A program made the translations under genes and the position numbers. A stretch of 63,668 nucleotides of DNA, the filler included, from Octopus bimaculoides (Eukaryota), in assembly GCF_001194135.2 (NCBI RefSeq). It is 6 parts of 5 records of this genome, joined end to end, with 100 filler letters (N's around TTAATTAATTAA, not from the genome) between each part and the next. Parts side by side here need not be neighbours in the genome. Positions count along the whole stretch, not along the records: positions 43,403 to 62,136 come from NC_068991.1; positions 62,237 to 63,668 come from NC_068982.1; 4 more parts are not named here. One strand, given 5' to 3'. Below are positions 53,780 to 63,668 of the stretch, piece by piece. The first letter of the stretch is position 1. Every line of letters begins with the position of its first letter. The notes below the pieces were generated by a model, which saw nothing but the letters and a program-made list of their open reading frames with translations, had not been told where the DNA came from and ran no database searches.

Positions 53780-56700
53780 TTAAAAACTAACTAAAAAAAA
53801 AAAGAAGAGAAAATAACAAACAGAAAGTAAGAAGTTGAAGAAAGAAAGAAGAAATCAAATATGGGTCGCATGAATGAAAATAGTTTCTGAAAATAGTTGC
53901 TAAGCTTAATTTTTTTGCTAAGATTGCATGGTTTTAATTTTACAAATGAGATGTTGAGGCTTACATTCAGCGTGGAAAAACAAAATAAGAAGACAAAATG
54001 AGTTTAACTCTGTTTTAAATTTAGAACAAAAGAAAAAAAAAGCGTTGAATGAAACAACGAATGTTATGTGCGCATATATATTATATATATATATATATAT
54101 ATNNNNNNNNNNNNNNNNNNNNNNNNNNNNNNNNNNNNNNNNNNNNNNNNNNNNNNNNNNNNNACACACACACACACACACACACATACAAAGCTAGGGA
54201 TTTGGGGACGGAACACTCGATTTTATTCCGACCTCAGAAGGATGAAATTCAAGGCAAACTTTACCCCAGCGGAATTTGAACGCAAACAAGCTGACCTAAA
54301 TGGTCAGTGCTGTTGATGACAATGCAGTGAATTTGACAACAAAATCTCTCTAAAAAAAAAAAAAAAACAAAGAAAAAAAAAAAATAAATGGATGGAAAAA
54401 ACGCGTTCCCAACTTCTAAACGACGATGTATCTCAGTCGACTATTACAGGATTCAGTCATTTGCCAGAAAGATTAACAAAATGAACAGCATAGAAGACTA
54501 TGAACCATTACCGATACAATATCAATGATAATAAATGCAAAAATCTACTTTTTACGAATCCCGAGGTTTTTATTTTTTGTTAGAGCATGAACCATGTAAT
54601 AATAATAACGCGACATGTGTCTGTGTAGCAGTACTAGTTGAATGAGAAATATACGTCACAGTGGTCACACGACAGCAATGGTTAGTTATAATGAAACAAT
54701 GACATAACTTTTACAAGACCACCTTGTTTTAAAGATGTTCGAAGGACCTGCTAAATGTAACAACTAAAATCTCTCTTGAGCCACAGCCTGCAGTCTTTAA
54801 GTAACGAAAGTAATTAGTTATAGATATAGCTCCCACAGCCAGACCAAATCAATGGTCTGAGCCCTATAGTATTTGTTAATTGACTCCAAGTTTTAGATCA
54901 GAATTGGGTTTCTAAACCCGCGTGCCCACTCGGAAAACTTCCCAATGTGCCGTGCCTTAACACGGCATAGGTTGGAATGCTTTCAAAGTACTTACTGCTA
55001 AAGAACAGATGGAGAGAGAGAGAGAGAGTCAAAAATGAAGCCAGCTAATATAACTACAGACAATTTTCCCATGTATGTCACCGCCTCACCCATCCGCACG
55101 TAATTCTCTTGCAGAAAATTGTGTTTTTCAAGGCATGAATGTTACACAAACTCATTTTCCTTCTATGTATGTGCTTGTTGTTATTTCCTACAAAGAAAAA
55201 CAGAAAAAACACACACCGAAGTAACGATCAAAATATTGAAAATGAAGAGAAAAACGTAATGATAGGAAAAAACCCCCCCACAAAACAGTAACGACAAAAA
55301 GTAACCCAAAACTAACGATAAAAAATACCCAAAAAGTAACGATAAAAATATGAAAATAAGAAAGAAAGAAAGATAGATAGAAAGAAAAAAAAACAACGAA
55401 AATCTCGCTTCAACATGTGATATTGTTTTGTAAATAAACCAGCGCGAATGTAAAAGAAGTAGAATGAGAAAGAGAAGCAGTTGTAGGGAACTGTCTAAAA
55501 TGTTTGTCAATTACTATCGTTTCGTTTCGTTTTGCTGATCTTCGTTTCGCTGCTGCTTTTTATAATTATTTATTAATTTTTGCGCGTGTATATTAGCTCC
55601 TAATTTGCCCTGAGAAACTAAATGCATATAGAATATGAGCCTGTATAATATTTATTTATTCATGATCCGTGATTATATATTGGTAGCAGTGTGCATGTGT
55701 ATATAATATGTGCGTGTGTATATATATATATACACACACACACACATGTGCGTGTGTATAATTTTTAATAGGCAGAAATTACACGTTCGAGTGTGCAGGA
55801 ACGCTCTAAGAATGAATGCACATACATACACAAAAAATGACAGTAAATGAAGGTTCGTTTGATAAATCTTATCACATTTATTGTTACAACATAAAAGTTA
55901 AAATAAGTATTGTCTTCTTCGCCTTCATCAGACTGAACGTATATGTATCTACACACGCGGGCGTACAATATATCCGTGTCATATACACACGTTCATTTTT
56001 ATGTACAAGCAACGTAGTTAATTTGTAATAGCAGTGAAGTTGGGGAAACACGAAGTGTTATTTAATACTTATTTCCTAAGCACGTGACTTAAAAGTATAA
56101 GTTAAAAACCTTTGTTGTACGAGGTATTAATCAGAATCGTTTCGCTGGACTTCAAACCAGCCGTCTCTTTCTCTCTCACCTGTGTTTCGATTTTTATTAC
56201 GTGTTATTTTTGTTCTTTAACGCCAAGTCGATTTCTGTCGAGGAGACAGACTTACCTTTAAAAGCATTTAAAGCTGAAGAACCATGCCACGTATTTATTT
56301 GATTTCTTTCTTTCTTTTTTTTTTTTTAAATTTTCTTTCAGTACTTGTGTCACACATCCATGTGTCCTTCTTTTTCTAAAGTCCGTAGAGTGCAGTTTGA
56401 GAGCGATTTGACTGCAATTTCTAGTCGAGCAATCACGAAAAGGGTTCTCTTGTTAGCCTCGTTCATTTTGTATTTTGGCGCCATTCGTATGCAAGGAACT
56501 CGGGGATCATTTTCTGAGAGTGTCACTTGTTATATGATGGACAATTAACTGCTATTTCTAGCAGGGCGAGTTTTTTTTTTTTTTCATTTGAATGCAGAAT
56601 CGGTAGAGCGTTGGACTAAATGTTTCGAGCTATTAACTTGCATAATTTAACATGCCGAGTTCAATATCTGCCTGACTGAATTTTGCTTTTCAACTCCTCG

Positions 56701-57652
56701 AGGCCAGTAAAATATTTAGTTGTTTTTGCCTAGCTCTAATTCGAACCTGACTGAAGAGATTTGCGGTCAAAGATTTTTCAGTCATGACCCTCTTTTTTTC
56801 CCTAGGCATAGTCCACCGAAGAGTACAGTATCCAATGTGTTCTTCCATTGTGGGCCCTAATTCCACAGCGATACTAAAAGCATGAATGCATGTACCCGAG
56901 CATTCATGTGTGTGTGTGTGTACGCGCACACATGAACATATACATCACATGTTGATTACATACGTTCACCTGTATATATTATAGGAACATTATTAAATGT
57001 TATTCAATAAATTAAATCATTAATATCAGTATTTAATGTATCCTTCGATATTTTTTCAGACGATGGGGTGTGATTCGAGGGTGTAGCTTGGGTAACTAAC
57101 TTGGTGCACAGTATCATAGACAACATTCGCTGGTGGTTAGCAACCAACCGGTGTTGGGTGTCAGTCTCCGGATGTTTTGAAGTCCGATTCGTTTGTTTGG
57201 ATCTAGTGTCATTGCGTTCAACATTAGTTAGCAATCTCACGAAGAGCTGGCGCACCTTTATTTATTACTGTACACACATACAAGCTTATGCACCCATAAA
57301 CACACACACACAGAGGCACGGATACATATTTGTATATACACAGATGTTTATGTCACTCTCTCGTGTATGTATGTATGTAATGGGTAATGACATATGGAAT
57401 GGAATAAATTATGCTCGCTTTGATCAGGAAGAAATATATAAAAAAAAAACAAACAAACTCAAGGTGCATTTATCGAGGTCAAAGGAGGCATTCGGTAAGA
57501 TTTGCCTCATCACTTGTCCGCACCTTTGCTAAAATAGAAATAAAGGCAAGTTCGTAAACAACCGCGAACCCTCACATAACTTACTAAGGAGTAATGTTAG
57601 CATTGGTGACAAATAATAATTATATATATATATATATATACACGCACGCATA

Positions 57653-57706
<54 letters not shown>

Positions 57707-58009
57707 GCTTCACCACATACCGATTTTAGAAATAGGAGTTAAAAATTCCTTTTCTACTACTGTAAGAATCTCCCAGACAGTAACACACTTTTTTTACGTA
57801 AGCAAAGAGAAAAATAATGAATCATTGGTAAAATTATTAATTGATTGATTAATTAATTAAATTAATTTATATGCATATATATATATATATATATATATGC
57901 AGAACAAAACAAAAAAAAACCTAGTTTAATCACTTTTCTGCATATATTTTCATATAAGTTTTGCAATAATGTAGGGTCACCAATGGCCCTCTTAAATACT
58001 CTATCTAAT

Positions 58010-58160
58010 AATCCTTTCTAATTTTGGCACAAGGCCAGCAATTTTGAGGGTAGAGGGTATCGAATACATCGAAATCCAGTGCACAACTGTGATACTTTTT
58101 TTTATCGACCCCGAAAGGATGGAAGGAAAACTTGACTTCGGCGTTATTTGAACTCAGTCT
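58010..58160 (-). mobile_element. SINE family A, 5'-truncated; a more degenerate copy at ~54190-54290
   Basis: GGCACAAGGCCAGCAATTTT tail and ATCGACCCCGAAAGGATG centre. Confidence 0.7.
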
Positions 58161-58506
58161 GTATCTAAATAATACAATACAGGGTTACATAGTTCTTACC
58201 TCTTTATAACAGGGCTAGCCAGGGACCCCAAAGATCTAGGGGCCCGATTTTATTCAAAGTATGCTGTGGCTTGCTGTTAATAAACAAACACTATAGGGCC
58301 CAGCACATGGGTTTTATTTAGCCCGAGTCTATAATGATGCTAAGGCGGTATTGATAGCTTGTACTTAACCAATATTGGGTTAGCAATTTCCTTCTTGCAT
58401 GGTCTGTTCCTAACAATACGGGCTGCTATAATCCTTGCAGTCTGTACCGAATAAATGTTTCTAATTTAGCCTCAACCCTAGTACTAGATAGGTATTTAAT
58501 TTTTTC

Positions 58507-58743
58507 GGTAATTTTTCAGATTAACACCCGCACGATCTTCACTAGGGTGTTAGGGTTAGGGTTTTAGGGTCAGGGTTAAGGTTTTAGGGTTAGGGTTAGG
58601 GTTACGGTTAGCGTTTGGGTTAGGGAATTCCGTCCCTAACCGTAAGCGTAACCCTAAACACTAACCCCAACCCTAACCCTAAAACTAACCCTAACCCTAA
58701 CACCCTAGTGAAGATCGTGCGGTTGTTAATCTGAAAAATTACC
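58507..58743. mobile_element. Palindromic MITE (237 bp): 57-bp TIRs, 8-bp TSD, head-to-head telomeric repeats; Merlin-like
   Basis: TIR GGTAATTTTTCAGATTAACA(C/A)CCGCACGATCTTCACTAGGGTGTTAGGGTTAGGGTT with one mismatch; TSD ATTTTTTC at 58499-58506 and 58744-58751; interrupts a family A SINE (~58480-58835, minus). Confidence 0.9.
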
Positions 58744-59300
58744 ATTTTTTCGATCCCGGAGGGATGAAAAGCAAAGTTGGCCTCCATGGGATTTGAACAC
58801 AGAATGTAAAAAATCGAAACAAATACCGCATGACATCTCTCTCCCTTCCACAGATCCCCAAACGAATGATATTGTTACCCTATTGTTAATTTTCTTATGT
58901 AGTCTGTATCAAATTGCGCTCCAAAGTAGTGAGCTTTGTGATAATTAAGACACTGTTCTATATTATACAGTTTAAAATAAACGAAATTCGAAGTGTTAAA
59001 ATACATGCTTTTAATTCTTCATTAGATGTTTGTGTGCGAGTATGTATGCTTAGTTTGAATAAACCAAATATAGAACATGTATTGAGTACTTCCTCGTTTA
59101 TCTGCCAAATCTCAACCAACCTTTGTGTATCTCTCTCTCTCTCTCTCTCTCTTTTTATTTCCATATATTTATATGCGCACTTGTGCATTTGTACAATTGT
59201 TTAATCGATCTAAAATTAATTTGCGTCTCAGTTATTTTTCAGTCAGTTAAGTCTGTAGGTCTGTGTGTGTTATTTCTGGCGTATTTTTAGGATGTGCGGT

Positions 59301-59380
59301 TTGTGGTGTATGCGTTCATGCGGGTAGTGAATGCCGTTGTTTGTGGTGTATGCGTTCATGCGGGTAGTGAATGCCGTTGT
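59301..59380. repeat. Perfect 40-bp tandem duplication
   Basis: TTGTGGTGTATGCGTTCATGCGGGTAGTGAATGCCGTTGT twice. Confidence 0.95.
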
Positions 59381-59499
59381 TATTTAGCCTATGTCACACC
59401 TTTGTTAATAAAAAAGAGCCTTCTAACCAAGACTTACCTCGTCTCTTATTCATTTACAGTGTAACCTGAGATTCTATAACGTATAGCATTTTTGAAAGG

Positions 59500-59890
59500 G
59501 TGTTAGATTCGATTACACGGAACAACTTTTCATCGTTGGCTCCAAATGTGAGGTGTGGTCTGCATATATCTAATGTATGTATTTGTCTGGCCGTTTAGCT
59601 CCTAATCAGCTCTGATCCATCTGAACTATATTCAAAAGGATTTCGGTTTTTAGAAGTGTGTAGGGCTATTGCTTTTCAAAGCTGTTAGAATACCAGTGAA
59701 AAATGGTTTAGCTGCTATTTCTAAAACGACTAGCTCTCGTGTTGAGTCTTCCTCGGCGATATTGTCGGGTGTTGCTCTTTAGCCCTAGGTGACCCATATC
59801 GAGAATCCTAATGTCAGACGTTTTTCAACTGTAGTCACTTTATAGTGCTTGCTTTCATAGTGTCTTTAGGACTAAATTATTCAACGTGTT
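59500..59890 (-). mobile_element. Possible degenerate LINE ORF1 (Tx1/L1-like) relic
   Basis: Stop-riddled frame YESKHYKVTTVEKRLTLGFSI...IAAKPFFTGILTAL...TPHIW; assignment is from vague recollection only. Confidence 0.25.
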
Positions 59891-62269
59891 CTTCCTTTCT
59901 TTGAGGGCAGTAGAGTGTAGATTTTGTATTTCCAGCACATCAAGCGATTGTGTTAAGAATGCATGTGTGCAGTGTACTACATACACACANNNNNNNNNNN
60001 NNNNNNNNNNNNNNNNNNNNNNNNNNNNNNNNNNNNNNNNNNNNNNNNNNNNNNNNNNNNNNNNNNNNNNNNNNNNNNNNNNNNNNNNNNNNNNNNNNNN
60101 NNNNNNNNNNNNNNNNNNNNNNNNNNNNNNNNNNNNNNNNNNNNNNNNNNNNNNNNNNNNNNNNNNNNNNNNNNNNNNNNNNNNNNNNNNNNNNNNNNNN
60201 NNNNNNNNNNNNNNNNNNNNNNNNNNNNNNNNNNNNNNNNNNNNNNNNNNNNNNNNNNNNNNNNNNNNNNNNNNNNNNNNNNNNNNNNNNNNNNNNNNNN
60301 NNNNNNNNNNNNNNNNNNNNNNNNNNNNNNNNNNNNNNNNNNNNNNNNNNNNNNNNNNNNNNNNNNNNNNNNNNNNNNNNNNNNNNNNNNNNNNNNNNNN
60401 NNNNNNNNNNNNNNNNNNNNNNNNNNNNNNNNNNNNNNNNNNNNNNNNNNNNNNNNNNNNNNNNNNNNNNNNNNNNNNNNNNNNNNNNNNNNNNNNNNNN
60501 NNNNNNNNNNNNNNNNNNNNNNNNNNNNNNNNNNNNNNNNNNNNNNNNNNNNNNNNNNNNNNNNNNNNNNNNNNNNNNNNNNNNNNNNNNNNNNNNNNNN
60601 NNNNNNNNNNNNNNNNNNNNNNNNNNNNNNNNNNNNNNNNNNNNNNNNNNNNNNNNNNNNNNNNNNNNNNNNNNNNNNNNNNNNNNNNNNNNNNNNNTAT
60701 ATATATATACATATATACACGTCTACATCTATATACACGTCTACATCAACGCGCACAGGCCATCAGCTGCACTGTAAAAGTTAGAAGAATTCTGAATTTA
60801 TGTCACCTTGAACTCTCTGCTCATTTCACACTATCGCCACCTACGTCTGTATTTTTATATTAATTTATCTCCCCTGCTTTGAAAGTGTCACAAGACTTTT
60901 TCTCCAAATTCTTCCTAATTTCTCTCACTGAAAAAAATTCTTTCTCCTCTGTTAATATCGAAAGGAAAAAAAAAAAAAAAAATCTCAATCTTAATCCCTT
61001 GAATGTTATTTACTTGTTTTCCATCTTCGATTGTTGTTTGCACTGTTACGTTTTTTGTTCTACTAAAATATTTGATTTCATTCTCCATGTAAAAAGAAAA
61101 TATCGATTTAAATTTCCACCCCCACACAAATAAACTTATATATCGGAACAAATATGTCATTTATCTAGGCCATACGTTTTCAACTTCCTAAATAATCGAA
61201 ACATAACATGTTCGTTTTTTCCATTTTGTTTTTCAATGTGATCAGTTTTTATATATAGATATATAAAGCATTTAATTTAAAACTCCAAATACCAGTTGTT
61301 CATTTGACCTTGTCCTCAATAAAATACATGAATTTTATACACCAAGTTTACGTTGGCAAAAATACATTAAAATGCATTTAAATACATTGGAGTCTGTTTA
61401 AATGAAAGAAAAATCGCGTTAAATCATGTTAAATTAACATTTAATTAAAATCACATGAATTAAGTTTGACATAACAGTATGAAAGGAATGACGTGAAAAT
61501 GATAAATGAATACCACTGTCAGCTACCTCATCCATATGGCTTTCTTTTTTAAATATTAACATCAAACTTTAAAATCTTACAAATGAAAAAAAAAAGTGAG
61601 CTTTAAAATATTCCCTCATTTTATGAAAAACTGACTTCGAAGCTATTTATTAATTTAGTCAAGAAAAACAAAGACAAAAAAGAATGAAACAAATGTATGC
61701 TGAATTTCAGGCTGGACATATATGCATACATGTATTTATATATTTATATTTTTTTCTTCAAAATTCTGTTATATTTTCAAAAATAAATGTTTTTATATTT
61801 CCATTGTTTGAAAACAGGAAAATTTATCAAATTTTTAGTTAGTTGTTTCACAGCTATGAGGAACATATTTTTCTTGCCAATTCGGGTGTATAAAAAGTTC
61901 CTTTCCACTTTAGAATCGTGAAATGATACTAAATTCCTTTACAGTTTCGCAAATATTTTCTCCATATTTTCCTGATAGATTCCACATTCCTGTTTCGTTA
62001 ATCGAAAACTCCCCCTAATGTCAACTTGTGGTCCATTATTCTGTTCCTGCATTTCAACGCACAGAAAGCTACTGATAAAAGAGACTAAATACTCATATAT
62101 AGTATGTATGTATATTGTGTGTATATATATATATATNNNNNNNNNNNNNNNNNNNNNNNNNNNNNNNNNNNNNNNNNNNNTTAATTAATTAANNNNNNNN
62201 NNNNNNNNNNNNNNNNNNNNNNNNNNNNNNNNNNNNCACTATGATATTGGTTCCAAGCCGAGTATTTTT

Positions 62270-63130
62270 TATATATATATGTAGGGGATATAGATAATAA
62301 GATGAGGTCAAATCACTAAAGTAGGGAGGGTGGCTTAGCAGTTCAAAGCCAATCACACACAGCAGCCATCGAAACCAATTACTTGTGCACTGGAGTATTT
62401 GTTTCGATGAAAGAAAAACATACTCGACAGTTTTCCTTGCGTTTGGCCTTGATAGCCTTTCGCAACTGCCTTAGAAAGATGGCACAGTACAGCACTCTCC
62501 ATTGATGGTGAGAGCCTTTGAAAGTAGTCAATAAACACGATGCTTTTTGCAATCCAAAATACTGAGGCCATCACCTTCCCTGCAGATTAAACGATATTGA
62601 TGACCTTCATTAGAGTAAGTGTTGAAGAGTGTCTCCACTGTTAGATTATCTCTTATCCTCTAACTCAAAATGATAAACCCAATACATTTAAGGAAACTGG
62701 ATTTGCCTCAAGCAATGTCAGATATTATCGAAATGTGATCAGCCTGGTGCCCTTTTAATCAGGTGTCAGAAGAAGCAACACCCACCAAGCAGAAACTTTC
62801 ATCATGCCAAATTTATTGTGTAGAATATTCTCAGCTCTCACACGTGATATGCTAATAACACTGGTAATTTATTTTTTTTCTTCAGTGGAGGCAGTTGCAG
62901 ACTGTTCAAATCATTAGTCTTCTCAGAATTATCTCTGCTCAAATCAGTTAATCAGCTTTGCACTGTTGATAAAACTGGAGCATCATCCTCCGATATATCA
63001 ACATGTTCTTGGGGACTAAATCCTTTTTCTACAGGTACTTGATAACAAATTTTGTTCATCTTGAAGAGAAGTCACTAATAGTTACTTTTGAAGTTTTCTC
63101 TGAACATTCAAATGTCAGTTTACCAAGAAA
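62270..63130 (-). mobile_element. mariner (DD34D, SETMAR/Mos1-like) transposase relic
   Basis: Collinear degenerate motifs: VIKYL.KKG, DDAPVLSTVQ, ENILHNKFGMMKVSAWWVLLLLTPD (WVPxxL motif), WVYHFE, SAGKVMASVFWIAKSIVFIDY, GFELLSHPPYFSDLTSS (YSPDL motif). Confidence 0.85.
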
Positions 63131-63224
63131 GAAATAATGAAGCTATAAGTAGTGTTAAAATGGAAGTAAGCCGAGTTTTTGCATCACTCCATAATTCACA
63201 CGTATATGAAAAAAGACTGTATCA

Positions 63225-63668
63225 ACATATTCCAAAAGTTTTCCTATGCTCACACGTTTTGTTAATGAGACGTTTCATGAGGATGTGCAGTGTTTTCATC
63301 GTATATTTTTTTATGTACATGCATTATGGCACAATGTGTAAGACGGTGCTGTGTCATTGTGGTACGGAGCCAGGTCTTCAAACGGCAAAGTGCACTGAAT
63401 GTTCTTTCGTTTGATGCAACAGATACAGGTGAAGACAAGACAAGCTGCATTAACGCCAACACTTGTGGCATACTAGAACGAAAAATAGTATCAGACGCTC
63501 TCCATTTTTCAACTATGTCATTAAATGATTTAGGCAAATTTTCCCTTTCCGTCCATAGGCCAGCAAGAAGTTTGATTTGAGATGACAGTAAGAGCAAATC
63601 AAAAGAAGCAGGTAGATGTACATTTTCAAAGTTAAATACTCCACAAGTGACTGCTGACAACAGCAACT
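63225..63668 (-). mobile_element. hAT transposase C-terminal dimerisation domain (ZMYM1-like); runs off the window end
   Basis: MPQVLALMQLVLSSPVSVASNERTFSALCRLKTWLRTTMTQHRLTHCAIMHVH. Confidence 0.85.

Noticed and set aside
56342-57080. Acceptors at 56341 and 57059 as second coding exon of the 52-kb gene
   Set aside because: Both hit a stop within a few codons in the required phase and contain no BH3-like or other recognisable motif.
58205-58350. Possible hAT-type MITE beginning CAGGGC
   Set aside because: No convincing matching TIR or TSD could be read.
58545-58705. Genuine ancestral telomere-telomere fusion site
   Set aside because: Bounded by non-telomeric TIRs and an 8-bp TSD inside a SINE; transposition explains it better.

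Overview
AT-rich, microsatellite-saturated animal genomic DNA. It is most likely an octopus (coleoid cephalopod), inferred from the tRNA-derived SINE families and repeat landscape, not proven. The window is not one contig: five identical synthetic 100-bp linkers (44 N + TTAATTAATTAA + 44 N) join six blocks (1-5880, 5981-21518, 21619-36378, 36479-43302, 43403-62136, 62237-63668), and there are many ordinary N gaps. Most ORFs in the track are microsatellite artefacts. Host-gene content I can support: (i) a CYP4-like heme-binding exon at 6371-6534; (ii) a phase-consistent chain of minus-strand exons of an unidentified gene at 19.0-20.4 kb, including a required 16-nt microexon, with weaker candidates near 11.2-11.6 kb; (iii) a large low-complexity first coding exon at 51972-53310 with DDVF and TQT motifs reminiscent of Bmf/Bim-type BH3-only proteins. 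Mobile DNA includes at least four SINE families, RTE and R4/Dong LINE relics, Gypsy gag, Helitron, Tc1, mariner and hAT relics, and piggyBac-like MITEs. The most notable observations are a 237-bp palindromic Merlin-like MITE built from head-to-head telomeric repeats with an 8-bp TSD, an exon-intron inverted repeat that looks like an ADAR editing-complementary sequence, and a block-wide CpG-decay signature suggesting gene-body methylation. Repeat coordinates are approximate (within tens of bp) unless junctions are stated.
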